The position numbers were made by a program, and so were the translations under genes. Of a stretch of 64,000 bases of DNA, positions 1 to 11,930 are shown one piece after another. Origin of the DNA: Hydrolagus colliei (lineage: Eukaryota); assembly GCA_035084275.1 (NCBI GenBank), contig CM068756.1, positions 5,704,001-5,768,000 on the forward strand. Reading direction: 5' to 3'. The notes beneath the pieces were generated by a model. The model saw only the letters and a program-made list of their open reading frames with translations, had not been told where the DNA came from and searched no databases. Within the stretch, counting starts at the first letter, position 1, and each line of letters begins with the position of its first letter.

Positions 1-3000
1 TTATTCAAAATTAGCCCAATTCAGTTCCAGTTGTGTTGCCTCTGAATGTTCCCACTGTGATCACTTTGTTCCTTCGAGACCGTACCTTCCTGATCTGAGG
101 AAGCACAGCCAGAGGCACCACGAGAGAGAGAACGGAATTGCCTTTAGAATTGATTACACCAACAAGAAATCTGAACCTGCAATCTGAAGAATCCTGAATT
201 CTAGTTGAAGTCTAGATGTTCCGATACGATCACAGGAACACAATGCAGAGGAACATTAAAATGATATCTAACTGCATTTAGTTCTCCATCACAGTCTGCG
301 TTAAAGTAAAAAAAAACTGTTTCAGAAAGCATTTAAAAAGACAACCGTATACTAAAGGGGATGTTCAAACTATTTACAATATGGTACCCTACATAGGGCA
401 TGACACTGGTAGAGAGGTGTGTTACAAATGAAAGACCCATAACTTTGAATCACCACTGACACATGTCAGTAATGCGCCATCAACGATGTGATATGCTGTT
501 TGTTCCGTGCTAGATTCCATTTCAGTTTTAAACACAATCTAGGATGCGCTGGACCATTAAGTTTTAATTTCACTGGAGTGAATTATCATATTGCTGGGTA
601 GTGAAATTATCATTCACGTCCATGGAATAAATTATCTGCTGCTAAGATTCAGGCATGAAGAATCTATGTTCTGTCTGAAGAACGTTTCGACTATAAATCT
701 GCAGCTTTAGCTCCAAAGTCAAACTGCTTTACTTTGGATTCAGCTCGTGCAGGAAATCTCAGTTATACAGTCCTTACGGTTTGCATTAGATAGGAGCTGA
801 CAAAAAGCTAGAGGTAATTTAGATATGGAATAATGCACATTATGGAGGAAACAGCGATTCAGCCCAAAGAACAGGTTAAAGTGTGATCACGAACATCTGA
901 ATAAACTTATAGCCTTCAACCCTTTCTGCAACATCTGTTGTTTTGCGGAATGTATCCTACATTTCTAATAAGAGTTTGCAAATGTAAAATTGCTGGATCT
1001 TCCCACTGTGGCTACAGTATGTAGATCTTTGTGAAGTGAAGCATTTTGTTTGGAATGCCTGCATTTGTCAAGACACTCATTAGGAAAGTTAAACATGTCA
1101 CTCACTGGCTGAATGCCATCAGAAGGTAAGGGACATCTTCATTTGAGCAATAGTGCATCCGTGCTGTATCAGGAAACAGATGAATTGCCATGGTCCATCT
1201 GAACTATGTGGCCACATTGTTTTATTCCAGCTGCTGTAGAACTGTGGTACAGGGCAGACAGAGAGTGTTACTACTGTTCAATTACAATTTCAGCAGCTCT
1301 TTGAGGCACTCCCTTGTTTCTCTGATCCCTTTGAGCTTTCGGAATTCGCTGTCTGGGCTCAAACGGCTTTGGAGATCTTTCCATTGCTGCCAATGCACTG
1401 AAACAACTGATGGTTGACACCCTGCCATGTGTCGGAGTGTCTCATGAGAGGGACCTCACTCAGCCCTGGCTCCTCATTGAATGGAAATGTACAGCATTCA
1501 CCCATTCATCAGAACACCTTATCCATCCATCACCACATATGGTTTCAGAGTCAAGTCAAATATTCAGTATATATCTTGCATATTGGTGCGCATCTACTAT
1601 ATCTACTATATTCCCATATTACGGGAATAACTGTTTCGTAATTGCACACACTGTTTCCAACCATAATTTGAAATAAGACACACGTTCCTGAAGGCTGTTT
1701 TGTCTCAGCTTTAATCCTCCGAGCATGCTGTGGAAATGTTAAAAAATCTTTTTCTTATCTACACGAACAACATAACTTTGACAGAAAATTGAATGTGTTC
1801 ACTTTGCCTCATCAGCTTTAACAGACTGTCAGATATGGCTTTTTTTCAGCAGGAAATGAATGATGGAAATGGTTTTTGGCTTTAGATTTTTTGCTAGGCA
1901 CCAGAGTAAATGATCACAGTACTAGCTCTTTTAACCTTATCTATCATACTGAAACGTTTTCTCTGCCTCCAATATAACATGTCAGAGTCGATTAAGGACA
2001 TCCTTCAATGAGGTATAATTCACAGATTTTAGTAGTGAATCCAAGAGCACTGGAGTATTAAAGAGGCTGTGAATACTTAATCACTGATATGTTGCTATCC
2101 GCCTTTTTCTGAACCCACTCTACACTTTGGTGCGCTGTATCTGAAAATGCTTTTTTCCCCCCCCCCAATGGTAAAGTATGAAAGGGCAGGTACAATGGCA
2201 GAGCATATGTCACATTTTATTCTTGTGACAGTGTGGTGAAAGATATTGCTGTTCTGGTACATTCAGCTATGCTTATCTGGTACATGAGCACACATTACTT
2301 TCTGCAGGCTTGGATCACTTTGGACAGTATCATTAAATGCCACGTCATTACCTGTTATGGAGTGGTACTCTCACTTGAAGTGCCTCCTGGGATACATGCA
2401 GAGAGGATGGCGGGTAAAGATGGAACATGCATTAAAATTTCAATGCAAGCCCTATTGACTTTGACTTTTCTAAAGCAAGCGCCTTAGCTTTACTGTACGA
2501 TAGTGTTTGTCACAAGGCTAGTGGAGCCGCAGACATGCATCAGTTGAAAGTTGCAATGAGTTGAACGATGTGGATAGGTGAAGGCTCCAGAGAGATCAGC
2601 TAGGCTAGCTTTGAGCAGAAGGGGGTAAATTGAAGGTTTATTTATCCAATTCACTGTCAAGGTTAGCTTACTGAAGTGCTGTCCTGTGTGCGCTTTCAAA
2701 ATGCCAAAACCTGGAAAATTGCTAGGATCGGCCTACAAATCACTGACCTTTGTACAGCAAGCATCAACTTGCCAAAATCCTTTTTAATAGCGTGATAAGA
2801 ATTTGCCTCCAGTTAGTAAGCTAAAATTCAGACTTTACAAACATTTTTGTAGTGCTCTTTCTCCATCTCTTGTACTAAATGATAGATATAAAGAAGAGGA
2901 CATAAAGAAGAAGAGGTGGTGATTGATTTCACACCGTATGGTCTTTGATAGTTAGATTCTGATGGGCAGTGTATTGATTTAAACATTCCTATCGGCTTTC

Positions 3001-5120
3001 AAAAAACATCTTCTTGCAGAGCAGTGTAGACCCTAATTGCCAGTTATAACCCAGGAGATATTCGGTGCACTATAACCATCTTTTTATGGTTCTTTCCAAT
3101 GCTGCTAAATAGTATTCAACGACTCTTTTGTCATAAACTTATTTTTTCACTCAGTTAATTTTAATGATGGCTTTTAATTTTTACACTCGCCCTACTCTAT
3201 CTTATTCACCATCTCTCTTCCTACGTATGTTTCAAACACAAATGCAGATTTTGTGAAAATGTTAATTTTACTTCAGACTGCATGAAATTCTAAAAATCCC
3301 CCCTTTTATTTTTAATTGATCTTTCTTTTCGTACTGTTTTAGGAAATTAATGAAACATGACAATTCCAGATAACAAAATGTAGGATATTATATGCTGCTA
3401 CAAGAATTGGCACAGTCAGTCAGTTTATTAGCTATATTATGGGACACTTGTTATGTGCACTGTTTAAGTCCTTTTGTCATCTCTTAAGATGGTAAACTAA
3501 AGGGAAACTAAGAACGAGCAATGAGGTGAATTGCATTTTATTATTTGATGTTTACTGCAAAAAGTTCCCCCCCAATGTTTCAAAGGCTTCAATATATTAA
3601 TAAAGGCTCTTCTCATCTCACATATCTCCTTGGGAACGATCCTTCTTGGGGAGATGGTAAGCACAGTCTCAGCTGGATCCAAGGTGACATTCTTGGCAAC
3701 AGAATATCAACCTTCTGTGGTAGCTTTAGTAATCAAGGTGTCCACAGTACTCCAGGGTACTGCTGACGACAGCCTGGCTCATTGGCAGGACTTGGAGGGG
3801 CAGAATTGGGGTGGGGAATCTTCTTATTAAGCTCCTACTAAATGTGCAAGCCAAAGCCCTGATGTTAGACTAGTCTTATTGGAGGTGGCAAGTGGAACCT
3901 TGCCAGACAGTGTATGTGGTTTTAGTTGGTTGAATTCCAGTATCTTAACATACTCTGGGGTCCCCAAGCCTTGGCTTTCGCCTGCCAGTTAGCAATCCAT
4001 GGCTAACCAAAAATAAACCGCTTACATAGCCAGTCTTGATTGACAATCACACTTCCTGAGGAAATGCTCTAAGCTTGATAGGATTGCCAAGAAAGAGGAG
4101 AAAAAACGACCTGGGGATGAATCCCTCTCTCACATTTTAAATAGCCTTTTTCAATTGTTGGTCTGGCTTCCGCACTGACTGTCCCCACATTATTCTGTTA
4201 TAAACTGGACTCCTCCACCAACAGGAGATAGATTTGTTGAAATCTGCGCAGTGGGAGAGATTGAATTGAGAATAATATGAAAAAAAACAATTACAAGCAA
4301 GAAAGTGAAAGTCCTCTTTACAGCTCCATCACAAGCTGGTTCATTTCTTTGAATGAACCACAAGATGCTTTGGTGAGAGGGTCTGGCTAGGTCTTGCATC
4401 ACACAACAACAAAAGCTTCTAAGCTGCCAATATTGTGCATTACATCCACCGCTGAAAGAACTGCCTTTCCCGTGGCAATCACAGGTCAGACTTAATTTTG
4501 CAGCTAAAAATAACACTGGCATGTATATTATGAAATAATGGGTGTGTTGGAGTGACTAACATGAAAACAATCTAATCTCATTGTATAGATGACAAAAAAT
4601 TGCTCAAGCTCCTCACCCTGGGTTTATGAACTTCATATCTGAATCCTTCGATGAGACGATTTTCACTCCCACCTACCAACTATGCTCTATTTATCCCACA
4701 TGGATGGACACCGGAATGATAGTGTAATTGCTGTGGTTTATTTCTGAACTAGCACTAATTTATAATGTATGCGCCCCACTTAACTAATAGCTTAGAGGTG
4801 CACCACATAATAGTTTTTGAAAAAGCTAATACAAAAGAATTAAAGAAATGGTTCCTCCCTTTCAAATGTAAAACAAAAAGCCCTTTTCTTTATACTTCAT
4901 CTTTGCTTCATCTTCTTCTGCCTTGCACTAGGCTGAGGCCTCAGTTTCTTATTCTCCTGTGTCCTGCAGTGCGTCACCTCTCTGTGATCTTCATCATCAC
5001 ACCTTTGCTCCTCTGACTTTTCTTGGTCACTGTCTATCTGCAACTTAGTTTTCAAACCATTCTTTCATTGAGGTTGATATTCTGGGGGAAATAACAGCAC
5101 TGTGGTTCTGTATAACTTTT

Positions 5121-5150
5121 TAATAATGATCATCCTTGCATTTGATATAG
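5121..5150 (-). mobile_element. Extreme 3' tail of young tRNA/L2-tail SINE
   Basis: TAATAATGATCATCCTTGCATTTGATATAG is the reverse complement of the family tail CTATATCAAATGCAAGGATTATTATTA seen at 11593-11621. Confidence 0.75.
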
Positions 5151-5196
5151 TACTATATCAAAGTACTATATACTATAGTACTATATACTCCATATA

Positions 5197-5412
5197 CAGT
5201 AAAAGCCCATTTATCCGGCACCCTCAGGACCTGGCCAATGCCAGTTAAAGCGTGTGCCGGATATTCGGCCAAAAACACATGCAGAAAAAATTAAATTAAA
5301 AAAGTACATTGTGCCAGATAAGTTCCAGTTAATCGAATGGGGACCTTTTTTTGAGTTGCCGGTTATACGGAAGTTATGGTTGATCGGGTCACGGATAAAC
5401 AGGCTTTTACTG
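5197..5412. mobile_element. Tc1/mariner (pogo/Tigger-like) MITE, 216 bp
   Basis: 21-bp TIRs CAGTAAAAGCCCATTTATCCG (5197-5217) and CGGATAAACAGGCTTTTACTG (5392-5412), 19/21 matching; TA on both flanks (5195-96, 5413-14); CAGT termini are typical of Tigger/pogo; no transposase ORF. Confidence 0.88.
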
Positions 5413-5419
5413 TAGTACA

Positions 5420-5590
5420 AACAATAATAAATTGGTCATTTCAATCCATGATTGTTTGTGGGACACTTTCTGTGTGCATTTCGCCCACATATATACAGGT
5501 CAATTCACTTTACAGAATATTCTGTGAAGCACTTTGAAACATCTAGAAGACGTGAAAAGCGTTATATCAAATGCAAGGATTATTATTATT
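5420..5590 (+). mobile_element. 5'-truncated young SINE (3' body and L2-type tail)
   Basis: Matches the 3' half of the full copy at 11323-11621 (GGTCATTTCAATCCA...GTGAAGCACTTTGA...TATATCAAATGCAAGG(ATT)n). Confidence 0.9.
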
Positions 5591-7025
5591 AGTATTACCT
5601 TTTAATATTGTTGAGAAGTCTTAAAGCTCTATATTGTAAAGTGAATTTACTATATTTTGTGAGTGGAACTTGCCAGCCAATTCCACACAACAGTGACCCA
5701 CGAACAGTCGTGGGTAATTTGAATTACCAAATTACAGTATTATTGTATTGCATTCTCATGTCAATACATGAAAAATGTGTGTGTTTTCAGTTTCCGTCTC
5801 CAGTGGAGACAAACTAAGATTGAGGACCATAGGCAGTCAAAAGCAGGTTTCAAAGCATGGCTCTGATTTCACTTCAAAATGCACAGCGAGGTGGTAATTG
5901 CTCCTGAATATGACTTCTGTTGGCCAATTATTGCACAGTCACTACACTTTACAATCAATCCTGTGAAGTGCTTTGAGGCATTTTGACCAATCTACCAATT
6001 GAACATATGCCAGCATCAAAACTGCCAGGAAACAATCAGCAAACTTATCGTGCTCTTTGGTTCCATTTACTTTTATGTGCTGCTATTGTAAGAATATGAA
6101 AGCCTCAATTAAGTGTAAAGGAACTGGAAAGCACAGCATCCAAAACTTTTCTCTATTGCTGTTTTGTTTACTTTGCTGTCCACCTTACAATGATGCGCTG
6201 TAAAACAGAGGTTAAAGATTAGTTCTACTTGGAAGAAATACATTTCTCTCCTGCCTGCGACAATAGTTTTGAGTCTCTTATGTTGTCCCCATTATAGCGA
6301 GACTCCACGATTGTGTAATTTCAATACCATTTTTGAATTTACACACTGTATTGCAAAAGGCTGGCTGTATAATAACAGAGTTTTGCAATGCATTATAATC
6401 CGGTTTGCACCACAGTAACTCACTGAATATTATTTGTTATGCACAATATTTGTTTGACTTTATCCCACTTTAATAATGTTTTTTGACAAATGATACTTGT
6501 GAAGAAGACACATTATGGGGGCTCAGCGATTCACTGTAAAATGAAACACTGAGTGAGATGGGTTCTTCAGCCTCATGAGTTATGCAGCACTAATGTCACT
6601 CAGCAGTTTATGTCTTGGCAAATCGCCAAGTCCCATCATCCATCCTGGATATCAGATACCATTTAAATTGGCACAAAAGCAAGAATATTAAATTTGCTGG
6701 GTGGAACTTGAATTACAGAGTTATGGCACTAAATGGAACTTTAAAATGACTACTTCAGGTGCTGTAGATGGTGGAGATGGTTTGTCCTGACCAGCACCAG
6801 TGAACTGCTCACTTTGGTAATGAGCTTTATGTTACTGGTGTCTGTACTGCAGGGATTCCAAGCTTTTCTGAAGCACATCAAGGCCACTTGTAGGAATTGT
6901 ATTCTGGAAGCAGATCCTGTTTATGACTTGGAATGGTTGTTAAAAATGTCAGTGGTTTAGACCCAAATTAATTTTCACAAATCATTACATTCGGATGTAA
7001 TATTGCGTCATGGCTCAAAGCATGT

Positions 7026-7400
7026 CACAGGATTTTTACTGTGAAGTGTAGTGACTGCATTTGTAAGTGAACGCTGCAGCCAATCTTTGAACATATAATC
7101 ATGAAATGAATGACTAATATTATCTGGAGGATTGTTGGCCAAGACTAGGGGAAAAATTCCCTTCTCTTTCCAAATAGTTCCATTGAGTTTTCAATATCAA
7201 CCTGAACAGGCAAATGGGACCTCAATTTAACATCTCATTTGAAGAGCAAGTGTTGCCAAAACCACCTCTGGCAATGCAGCGTTCCCCCAGCACTGCAATG
7301 GAGTGTCAAACTATACAATGAGCTCCAAGTCCCAATGTGGGGCTGGAACCTGAAACCTTCTGACTCAGAGTAAAGAGTGTCAAAAACTGAGCCAGGCTGA
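7026..7400 (-). mobile_element. Old DeuSINE (SacSINE1/AmnSINE1-like), near full length
   Basis: Minus strand: tRNA-like head TGGCTCAG...CTCTGAGTCAGAAGGTTTCAGGTTCCAGCCCCAC, then Deu-like GCAGTGCTGGGGGAACGCTGCATTGCCAGAGGTG...GAGATGTTAAATTGAGGTCCC...CTTGGCCAACA, then a 3' body shared with the young SINE. Confidence 0.8.
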
Positions 7401-10400
7401 AAACACTTATGCAGATTATTGACAATTAATTCTCACATCCAGCTTATGAGTCTAACTTGCATAGAGGACCTGTCCATGAAAATCACTGAGAGATAGGGTG
7501 CAGTATCTTACCAGATGTAATTTCTTTACAATCAAATTCAGAATTTGTTCCTCTGATTTTATGAAGGAGTGAAGCACAAGTTATTATGAGATGTGAGGGA
7601 TATTGAGAAGTGTAAGCACATGCAGATATTTTCATCAAAGCACATTTTGATGTATAATATTATAATATTATAATGAATAATATAACATTCAAATAATTGC
7701 CCTTTGCTAACAATATATATTGTGGAAATTAGGCTAAGCAAAGTTGGTCTGTGTTGGTTGCCCCTCACTGTCACTTTCTGACCCACATTGCTGGAGAGAG
7801 ACCTGAAGACATATTCTAAATTGAATGACATACTAGTTATATTCTGTTTATCCCAACGAATATTATTGTGATAGCTTGTGTTCCTTACAATACAACAGGG
7901 AATAGAAGGTGGTATGTCATCCTTTTCTTTCACACTGTAAGATAATGCTGGGTTAGCAGAATGGAAAGGAAATGTAAATTAGGATAATGCTTTTGACTAA
8001 AATCCACTAAAAACAATAGATTTCACTTGCAAATGTCAATGAACTATGCAGGAAGACAGTGAAAAAACACATTTAGATATATGTTTGACATCAGTTTTTA
8101 TACACAGAAAGATTTTGCTTATGTGGTTGACTTGCGAAGTTACATACTTGGTAACAGTGTGGGATTGGAATGCAGGGATTGTTTAATACCAAGAAAAAGG
8201 ATTTAAGCAGGAACACTGCAGTGTAATTTCCAAGCACACAGTCTTTTGACACCTGGGAGTGGAATGAGTCTCCTCTATCCACCAGTTAGAATGGTTCGAC
8301 GTGAAATAACTTAGAGCAAACTTAACTCAGTTGCTAGTGTAGAGGAGCTTGCAACCCACAATTTGCCATTGGATTACTCTTTTGCTTCACGTGACTTGAA
8401 TTTTCAGGCCGTGAAGCCAATCCTGCCCACTTTAACAGTAAGAGCCTTAATCACTGGCAATTAAAATTTGTGTTAACATTGAATCTGTAAATAACACTGG
8501 CAAAGAGACTGAGCTGAGGATGTACATCATACAAGTGGACTTGAATGGATATTACAATTTGGCACAAGTATGTCTTTGTATGCATGTGTTTTGATTGATA
8601 GCACCTAAATGCATCAAACTGCTTGCCTTTTGGGATCAGAATGATAATAAACAGGTTGTCATTGGAATTTGTGGTCCTGACCCACTCGCTTGCAGAGAGA
8701 ACAATTGGTTTCCACAGCCCAGTTTTGTTTGTAGAGTACTCCGTAGCTTGCGTTAGTGGACTGTTGAGGTAAGCCTCTGTGGACAGTGCATTAAAATGGT
8801 AGGAAACACTTAAAGGTCACCGGCATTGGAGTTAAAGCACTGAAAAATCACTAGCTTTCAAGAGTAATTGCATTAGGAACATAAATGTGATATTTCTTTA
8901 TTCTGTAAGTTGATCACCACACTTGGAGGTTCTTCCATGGAAATACTATAATATGTTCTGAGGCCTTTGTTCATTTGGAAACTCTAGTAGTGTCAATCAA
9001 GAAGGTCTACACCCACAAGGGAAGCCAAAAGGAATGCACACCATGCAACAAAGTAACAAATTCTCATATTAGTGAAATTTTAAATGTGATTCCGATGATA
9101 CTAACACTATGCGGATGATATAAATTATGCAACTTTGCGGTTTCCTGATACTGCTCCTTAGTGAGATCCAAATAAGGCGATCTAGGCCCGATGACCTTTC
9201 CTACATGCATGGTATAGAGAGACCTGTGGCCGTGATCATCCATTCATTCCTTTCCATCTCCTCCCATCTAACAAAAGTAGTTTCTTGAGGTGCAAATGCC
9301 ACTTTCTAAATGAAGCCTTGTACACATAGTGTGCCAAAGCTGCAACACTCTGCAAACACATCGAATGCTTTATGCCTGCTCAGACCATGATTAAATACCC
9401 CTGTATTCTGTAAGCCTCAGAGTCAGCGGAAAATCATAGATTTCTCAGCTTAATTGGCTTTCAGCATCAATTAAATGCCCTGATTGCTTTTATCACCAAG
9501 TGTTTGGAAACTGCTATTAGCCGTTTGTACCTCTAGGTGGAAAAGTACATCTTCCATCTTGAATACACAAAATTCCTGTGCCCCTAGAATTGCAACTCAT
9601 CTTCTGTGTTATGCGGTCAGGAGTGAGGTAATGATGTCTCAAGCTTCTTGAATTTTGACAATGCAATAAGTGTGCAAAGTGTTAATCTCACATTCCCTTG
9701 TGGCATTGAGAGAGGCAGTGAACAACAGAACCTTTTAATTAATTCTATTTCAAATATTTTACAGTATTCAAACAAAACTCGCAGATATTTTGCTCCATGA
9801 ATTCATAAGATTAAAGGAATAATTAATACTATAGGTGTGAATCATATGGGACCAGGCTTTGAACGGGGCTTGCTGTTTCCAATAGCAACACATATTTTTC
9901 CTATTTGCTGCTGCCCTATAAGGTAAACCATGAGTGGTCAGTGAACAACATAATGGCATTGACCTGTAAACATATTATTTGCTGGAGTGATACTTGCCAA
10001 CTTATTTTTTAGCAAATAAGAAAATACATTTCTACGGTTTTAATGATTTTCACACACCAAAAAAAAAATCATCTGCTAGGAGTTCTCCTCCTTGCTCATA
10101 AGTTGCAATCTCAGCCCATTCAACATCAAAAAGCACTCAGGAAAATGTTTACTCTGAGATGCTTGAACGACGTCTAGAGAGTGCTACGAAAAGAATAAAA
10201 GATGGATTGGGATTCAGAATCACAGGATCCTAATAACATCACAAACTATAGCTTGAATGATTTTACGTGGCAATATGAGCGCCAACATTTTGTTGCAGTT
10301 TGCAACACATTCGAAGCTCCCCTTACATTTTTTCCCTGTATTCTGTCACCACAAAAGATTCTGCAATGTTACAATACCCGCCACATCATGATATATCCCT

Positions 10401-10489
10401 TGAAGATCAGTATAATTCTTATCTGTATTACCCTATCATCAGTTACATTCACAGCCTTCACTCCCGAATGTCAACGAATGGTTGTTAGT

Positions 10490-10548
10490 ACAACAACAAC
10501 TTGCAATTATATAGCACCCACCACACAGGGTAGCATTTTAGGGCATTT
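10490..10548 (-). mobile_element. Solo L2-type 3' tail
   Basis: (CAA)n TTGCAATTATATAGCACC; reverse complement is the tail type GCTATATAA.TGCAAG(TTG)n. Confidence 0.7.
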
Positions 10549-11322
10549 AATAACCTAGTAATAAGAATTATGCACAATAAAGAAGTACATACCAATATTA
10601 GACTTACAATGAAGCTAAAAATCACTTGGATGGATACAATTCCTGTAGTAAATCTCACTACCAGCTATTAATATCCTTCAAATAAGCCTATAATCCACTT
10701 TTGTCTCATGTTAAAATAGTGACATAGTTACAGACAGAGACAATTTTACTAAAACACAATGTATGTTTTTTTTAAAAGACGGGTGGTACTGTATTACCAA
10801 AATATTGCTTACATCTAAGGTCTACAGTGCACAGACTGTAATGATAGAAAATAGCCTTGAGGGTTAGGCTTGAGATCCCAACTGATGAACTGAAAACCTA
10901 AATGCTGAAGAAAATTGAGTGCTCAGCATTGTTCGATGTCATATCTCCAGAACAGGTCAGGAGGACACTATTTATAGACTCAGAATTGCAACCTATATTA
11001 GTTTTATGATACTGAAGTCAATTTTTGTTAGTGTACATTTGTGGAACAAGCCTACATTGTGTGACACCAACACACAATAGTAATCCCTGTATTATTGTCT
11101 CTGGGTTCAGACTCACTAATATCAGTAATCAGGCCATGTACCCTCAATGAACCATTTACAGATAAATTTTGCTTCAAATTGTATAAAAAAAGGGCGCTAC
11201 TTTACTGAATGACTCAATGTGTGCTTGAAAATATTCAGTTTGCTTTACTGTATATAAGAAAGGCACAAGTAGAAACTAATTTCTCCCTTCCTCATTTGAA
11301 GGCATTGACTCTTAAGCTGGGT

Positions 11323-11621
11323 GTGGTTTCAGTATCTCAGTGGTTAGAGCACTTGCCTCACAAGCAAGAGACCTGGGCTTGATTCCAGGCAGGGCGAAAC
11401 CTTGGGCAAGTTTCCTTACTCCATATGTCTTATTAATAATCCCTAAAAAAAAATTGGGTCATTTCAATCCACGGCTGTTTGTGGGAAACTGCTGTGCATA
11501 AATGACTGCTTTGTTTTGCCCACAAATGTACAGTCAATTCATTTTACAGTACATTCTGTGAAGCGCTTTGGGACTTCTAGATGTGAAAAGCGCTATATCA
11601 AATGCAAGGATTATTATTATT
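11323..11621 (+). mobile_element. Full-length young tRNA-derived SINE (~300 bp) with L2-type 3' tail
   Basis: A-box-like TATCTCAGTGG (11333-43), B-box-like GGCTTGATTCC (11376-86), ACCTTGGGCAAGTT segment, Deu-like 3' body, tail AGCGCTTT..AAAGCGCT ATATCAAATGCAAGG(ATT)n; homologous copies at 15624-15966 and 55942-56239. Confidence 0.93.
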
Positions 11622-11647
11622 AAGTGATGTACCCTACATTTTCATAT

Positions 11648-11930
11648 GGGTGCGTCACAAATGATCTCAATCTCACCCTAACCTAATATCCTCACATGTT
11701 CATCTTTAAGCAGTAGTGCGATTCCTCCCGATGTAAAAGGCGCTCTATAAATGTAATTTTATTGTTGTTACTGATTTGTTTTCACCCTCGTTCAGAAGCA
11801 TTGAAGACAATTGGGACAGCTTCTTGCTTCTGAGGTGAATTATAAACCCCATCAGTACAGATTGGGATAAAACGAGGACCCTGCCTTGTCTGCATGGCTC
11901 AGTTCCGCATAGTCTCACACTAGACAGTGT
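11648..11930 (-). mobile_element. Degraded copy of a second ancient tRNA-SINE family, interrupted by an L2 tail
   Basis: Shares blocks with 23010-23200 and 28310-28650 (e.g. CAG.ACAGA...GGAT..AAC..GGGACC.T.C.TG..TG.ATGGCTCAG). Confidence 0.5.
11722..11769 (+). mobile_element. Solo L2 3' tail
   Basis: TCCTCCCGATGTAAAAGGCGCTCTATAAATGTAATTTT..(TTG)n matches the end of the L2 at 33701-33850. Confidence 0.8.

Noticed and set aside
86-176. Possible minus-strand exon (CAG|GTTCAG...AAG|GTACGG) with one open frame
   Set aside because: Weak pyrimidine tract and donor, unrecognised peptide; expected by chance.
11323-11395. tRNA-like sequences here and at 15880-15966 and 56165-56239
   Set aside because: They are SINE heads continuing into the SINE body, without a proper acceptor stem or terminator; not tRNA genes.
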